A stretch of DNA of 63,905 nt, the filler included, from Candidatus Aminicenantales bacterium (GTDB lineage Bacteria > Acidobacteriota > Aminicenantia > Aminicenantales > UBA4085), in assembly GCA_049515535.1 (NCBI GenBank). It is 5 parts of 5 records of this genome, joined end to end, with 100 filler letters (N's around TTAATTAATTAA, not from the genome) between each part and the next. Parts side by side here need not be neighbours in the genome. Positions count along the whole stretch, not along the records: positions 39,874 to 60,530 come from JBEKTZ010000020.1; positions 60,631 to 62,653 come from JBEKTZ010000027.1; positions 62,754 to 63,905 come from JBEKTZ010000031.1; 2 more parts are not named here. One strand, written 5' to 3'. The translations under genes and the position numbers were made by a program. Below, piece by piece: positions 60,404 to 63,905 of this stretch (its first letter is position 1; the number at the start of each line of letters is the position of its first letter). Under the pieces are notes generated by a model. That model ran no database searches. It worked only from the letters and a program-made list of their open reading frames with translations, and was not told the DNA's origin.

Positions 60404-60530
60404 CTAGTGTTCCGTCTCGGAAATATATTGGCAAAGTCTCTTGATCTTGGCCAGGATGGAATCGGCCGTGGCCGTCCAGGCGAAAGCCTGGGCGCTGGCA
60501 TTTGAATGTTGGACGAAATGATCGATTTTC
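60404..60530 (-). mobile_element. Right end of an IS630-family element
   Basis: Translates to KIDHFVQHSN...AFAWTATADSILAKIKRLCQYISETEH*, with the stop in the CTAG/TA target. Confidence 0.88.
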
Positions 60531-60630
60531 NNNNNNNNNNNNNNNNNNNNNNNNNNNNNNNNNNNNNNNNNNNNTTAATTAATTAANNNNNNNNNNNNNN
60601 NNNNNNNNNNNNNNNNNNNNNNNNNNNNNN
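60531..60630. other. Artificial contig linker
   Basis: N-run with TTAATTAATTAA. Confidence 0.99.
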
Positions 60631-60674
60631 CGGTAACAGTTTAGTCCCTATTTTACCTGCTGGTTATCGGCACC

Positions 60675-62228
60675 TCAGCTTGAATTGTTATACAGCGCCG
60701 CTTGAGCCGTTGCGGTATCAGCGGTGAGGAGGGTTTGCAGAAATTCCCTTGGATGGACGCCTTGTCTTCTGGCGGTTTGCACCAGGCTGGGAAGGATGCT
60801 ATGGTTTTTCAGTCCGCTTTCGGATCGGGTTCCGAAGGATATTTTGCGGAAGATCACCAGATGCCTCAGAGACTGTTCCGCAAGATTATTCGTGGGTGGC
60901 ACGCCGGGATGCCTGAGGAAAGTAAAGAGAAACTTCTGTTCGGGACCTGCGAGATAGCTCCGGAGGGTCTCGGCGGGTTTGAAACGAAGGGTTGGTTTGC
61001 AGATATTGCTCAGTTCCGTGACGGAGCGTTTTTCGATCTTGGCCGCCGCCTTCCAGGGGATATCGCCGGATTTGAGCTTCTCTCCCGCGTCGCAGAGTCG
61101 GGAGCAGAGATCGATGACGCGGTCGCAGAAGAGGCCGACCGCAGCGTCCTTCTCGGTCTGGGGCAGGAGCGCATGTTCCCCGCGGATCTCCTTGGCGTTG
61201 GTGATGAGATGGGCGAGGCAGACCTGCCAGTCCGCTCCGATCCCGTTATAGGCGGCATACCGGTCGCGCACCAGCGTTCCGTCAAAGTCATCACCGAAGA
61301 TGCTTTTCGCCACCTCGGCAGACCGATGTCGATCGATATGAAAGAAGGCGAGATTTTCATTGCCGGCGAACCATACAGAATGCCCCACGCCGTCATTACG
61401 CCAGGAAGTTTCATCGCCATGGACCACGTCGGAGGTCCTGATCTTCTCGCGCAAATCCTCATAGAGCGGTTCCCCCTGCGCTGCCGCTTTGCGGTCGAAC
61501 CCGAGGGCGGAGGCCGGAACAAACTCAAGACCGAACAACTCCCGGAGCAACTCCGTCGTTTTTCGATAGGGAATCCCTATCCGATAGCGTAAATAGATCG
61601 CCACGGACTTTGCGACCGGCCCAATGGGGGCGTTCAACAGCTCACCTTCCCCTGCCTGAACCACAGAACGGTTGCACCGCGCGCAGAATGCCTGCCCATG
61701 CCGATAGCAGGTCACCAGGGTATGGGGCCGGATCACGATATCTTCCTGAAAGTGTTCTTTCGTTTCCTCCATCGGCGTCACGTCGTCCGATTGGCAATGA
61801 GGGCAAATCGTGGGAGCAGGCACGTGGATGATCCGGTCAATATGGTCTGGCTTGGGTCGCACCCATCCCGGATGTCCCTCCGGCGCCCCGCGTTTTTTCT
61901 TCTTCCCCTCGTTGGACAGGGAGGCCCCTTCGACATCCTTTTGCCCCGTCTCCGCGTCTTTCTTCTGATTCGACTTAAATTGCCGTTGATGCAAGGCCTG
62001 AAGTTTCGCCTTCAGTTCTGCATTCTCCCGTTCCAGAACCCGTATCCGCTCATCCCTAACTTTTAACTCCCCATCAAACCCATCGATGATCCGAAGATGT
62101 TCCTGGTATACCTCGGCGGCCCGTCGGTACTCCTCCAGGACCCACTGGGTGGACATTCCGTCCAGATAGGGGCAGCTGTGCCTGTAGAGACATTCAAAAT
62201 CATGGGGCGGATACGGGTAGCGCGGCAC
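60675..62228 (-). CDS. IS66-family transposase
   Basis: Coiled coil, GAPEGHPG, CPHC...CARC, HGDETSW, DRYAAY, QVCLAHL, TNNLAEQSLR, RKISFGTRS. Confidence 0.93.
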   Translation of the reverse strand: MPRYPYPPHDFECLYRHSCPYLDGMSTQWVLEEYRRAAEVYQEHLRIIDGFDGELKVRDERIRVLERENAELKAKLQALHQRQFKSNQKKDAETGQKDVEGASLSNEGKKKKRGAPEGHPGWVRPKPDHIDRIIHVPAPTICPHCQSDDVTPMEETKEHFQEDIVIRPHTLVTCYRHGQAFCARCNRSVVQAGEGELLNAPIGPVAKSVAIYLRYRIGIPYRKTTELLRELFGLEFVPASALGFDRKAAAQGEPLYEDLREKIRTSDVVHGDETSWRNDGVGHSVWFAGNENLAFFHIDRHRSAEVAKSIFGDDFDGTLVRDRYAAYNGIGADWQVCLAHLITNAKEIRGEHALLPQTEKDAAVGLFCDRVIDLCSRLCDAGEKLKSGDIPWKAAAKIEKRSVTELSNICKPTLRFKPAETLRSYLAGPEQKFLFTFLRHPGVPPTNNLAEQSLRHLVIFRKISFGTRSESGLKNHSILPSLVQTARRQGVHPREFLQTLLTADTATAQAALYNNSS

Positions 62229-62230
62229 GC

Positions 62231-62509
62231 CTACTTGTTCTCCAGGTTCAGGATCTCCCAGTTGATTTTGGAGAGCGCCTGGATAAGCGTCCAGAGCCTC
62301 TGGTAACGCCGGCCCATCTCCAAAGCCTTCGGAACAATGTCTTTTCGGGCATAGAGCGTCACGGTTTTCCCTTTCACCTTGGTCGTCAGGCTATGGCCGG
62401 TCATGGAGGGCGACTTGGCGACGGTCCCGATCAGAAAATTATCCAGCATTGAGGCAATGTCTTCCTGGAGCCGGGTCTGCCGCTTTTTCAGGATGTCCGA
62501 TCGACTCAT
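62231..62509 (-). CDS. Small IS accessory protein (DUF6788-like)
   Basis: AGGAGG RBS; LTTKVKGKTVTLY...LSKIN; lies inside the IRs. Confidence 0.7.
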   Translation of the reverse strand: MSRSDILKKRQTRLQEDIASMLDNFLIGTVAKSPSMTGHSLTTKVKGKTVTLYARKDIVPKALEMGRRYQRLWTLIQALSKINWEILNLENK

Positions 62510-62653
62510 GTGAGCCTCCTTCTTTTATATATGAGTATTTATACTCATATTATTTACACAAAAAAACGCCCACAAGTCAAGAACATTCTGGGCGCGTGAC
62601 AAAAAAAGTTCCAAAAGGACTAAACTGTTACCTATTCACCCCGAGCATGATCC

Positions 62654-62753
62654 NNNNNNNNNNNNNNNNNNNNNNNNNNNNNNNNNNNNNNNNNNNNTTA
62701 ATTAATTAANNNNNNNNNNNNNNNNNNNNNNNNNNNNNNNNNNNNNNNNNNNN
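62654..62753. other. Artificial contig linker
   Basis: N-run with TTAATTAATTAA. Confidence 0.99.
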
Positions 62754-62755
62754 TC

Positions 62756-62914
62756 TATCAAGTCGGGCTGACGGCTGCTGAGTTGGCCGTCCTTTCTGCG
62801 GTCCTGAGGTATGCCCTGGACGCCTGCCCGGTAGAGAGCATCGGCGCCGGAGTTGATATTTCTCGCGACGATGTCGAGAATCTCGCCGCCAAGCTCGAGG
62901 GCGTGGGCCGATGA
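62756..62914 (+). CDS. 3' end of a hypothetical protein
   Basis: Open frame YQVGLTAAEL...LEGVGR* whose stop overlaps the next start (ATGA). Confidence 0.5.
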   Translation, partial: YQVGLTAAELAVLSAVLRYALDACPVESIGAGVDISRDDVENLAAKLEGVGR

Positions 62915-63327
62915 GCCTCGCCGAACGCGGTTTCCGGATGAAGCGGGTCTATGAAAACCCAGCCCCAGCGGATGGATTCCGGATTCTCGTGGATAGGCTT
63001 TGGCCGAGGGGAGTCAGCAAGGAGAAGGCGGCCGTCGATCTGTGGCTGAGAGACATCGCCCCAAGCGATTGTCTGAGAAAATGGTTCGGCCACGACCCCC
63101 GGAAATGGCCTGAGTTCATGAAGCGTTATCACCGGGAGCTGGCGGCGAAAAAGGAGCTGATCACTATTGTTGAGAACAGGGTTCGCGACGGAAAAGTGAC
63201 CTTACTCTATGGAGCGGCCGACCGGGAACACAATAACGCCGCAGCGCTTCAAGCCTATCTTGAGAAAAGCCCGAACCCGAGAACCGGGGCCCGGCGTCCG
63301 GGCAGGGCGCCGAGGGGTCGAGTCTGA
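62911..63327 (+). CDS. DUF488 (YeaO-like) protein
   Basis: KRVYE, RILVDRLWPRGVSKE, APS..LRKWFGHDP, HNNA. Confidence 0.92.
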   Translation: MSLAERGFRMKRVYENPAPADGFRILVDRLWPRGVSKEKAAVDLWLRDIAPSDCLRKWFGHDPRKWPEFMKRYHRELAAKKELITIVENRVRDGKVTLLYGAADREHNNAAALQAYLEKSPNPRTGARRPGRAPRGRV

Positions 63328-63339
63328 AGGGGATGAGGG

Positions 63340-63905
63340 ATGCCGGAAATAATTCCTCCCGGGCCTCTGAGCGGCAAGATTGTCATTGTTACGGGCGCCA
63401 CGGGCGGCCTGGGCAGGGTCGTCATCAAGCGCCTTCTCGATACCGGTGCCGTTGTCGCCGCCGTGTATAGAGATGATGAGAAGTTCAAGCAACTCCTCGC
63501 CTACGTCGGCGGGGAACCGAGCGCGCTCGAAGGGATCAGCGCCGACGTCACTCTCGAAACGGACGTCCGGGACATGGTGGAAGCCGTCCTTCGCCGGCAC
63601 GGCCGCGTCGATGTCCTGCTGAATCTTGCCGGAGCCTACAGGGGAGGGGCGGACATTGCCACGATGGAGGAGAGAGACTGGGATTTCTTGATGCAGACGA
63701 ACCTCAAATCGGCCTTCCTGTGTTCTAAAGCCGTTCTCCCTTCGATGATGAAAGCCAACTCTGGACGCATCGTCAGCGTTGCGGCGCGGCCGGCGATAGA
63801 GAAAAAAGGTCGCACGAAAGCGGGAGCGTACGCTGTCTCCAAAGCCGGAGTAGTGGTCCTAACGGAGATTATCGCCGAAGAAATGAAGAAGTTCAATATC
63901 ACTGC
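63340..63905 (+). CDS. Short-chain dehydrogenase/reductase, runs off window end
   Basis: VTGATGGLG, LLNLAG, YAVSK; absent from the ORF track because no stop is reached. Confidence 0.9.
   Translation, partial: MPEIIPPGPLSGKIVIVTGATGGLGRVVIKRLLDTGAVVAAVYRDDEKFKQLLAYVGGEPSALEGISADVTLETDVRDMVEAVLRRHGRVDVLLNLAGAYRGGADIATMEERDWDFLMQTNLKSAFLCSKAVLPSMMKANSGRIVSVAARPAIEKKGRTKAGAYAVSKAGVVVLTEIIAEEMKKFNIT

Larger units (their letters stand above)
60633..62631 (-). mobile_element. Complete IS66-family element, about 2.0 kb
   Basis: Perfect 15-bp terminal IRs GTAACAGTTTAGTCC (60633-60647 and 62617-62631) with the IS66-type GTAA end. Confidence 0.93.

Noticed and set aside
27787..62753. TTAATTAATTAA repeated four times within N-runs
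   Set aside because: Artificial contig linkers; adjacency across them has no biological meaning.
1..63905. CRISPR array, rRNA or prophage structural genes
   Set aside because: No regularly spaced repeats, rRNA-like sequence or phage hallmark genes were seen.

Overview
This window joins five contigs with artificial N-linkers carrying TTAATTAATTAA (27787-27886, 39774-39873, 60531-60630, 62654-62753). It comes from a GC-rich, peptide-utilising diderm bacterium; the gene content is reminiscent of Aminicenantes/Acidobacteriota, but that is inference only. Contig 1 is mostly metabolic: an IS481-family end, an M28+M19 peptidase fusion, a catalytically degenerate M16 pair with ftcD, znuABC, pepD, alpha-2-macroglobulin with pbpC, ridA, hydantoinase A/B, a GHL10 protein, an RfaH-like NusG paralogue and a nitrilase. 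Contig 2 holds a sigma54 two-component system and a consensus sigma54 promoter driving an unusual export locus: TolC, a C-terminally anchored protein with an adaptor-like alpha-hairpin, one ABC ATPase, and four paralogous ABC-2 permeases in the locus. Contig 3 opens with an accessory region: an IS481 end, an AT-rich membrane protein plus membrane GTPase operon, a tRNA-Asp 3' fragment (att site), a broken type IIG/ISP-like R-M gene, and an integrase-less integron array of three cassettes (TIR, DUF4062, 2H phosphoesterase) with recognisable attC sites. Housekeeping genes follow, then a lexA-dinB-dnaE mutagenesis operon with a direct-repeat operator candidate, and an IS630-disrupted HhH gene. Contig 4 is a complete IS66-family element. 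Contig 5 has DUF488 and SDR genes. The best candidates for something new are the export locus, the membrane-GTPase operon and the defence-like integron cassettes.
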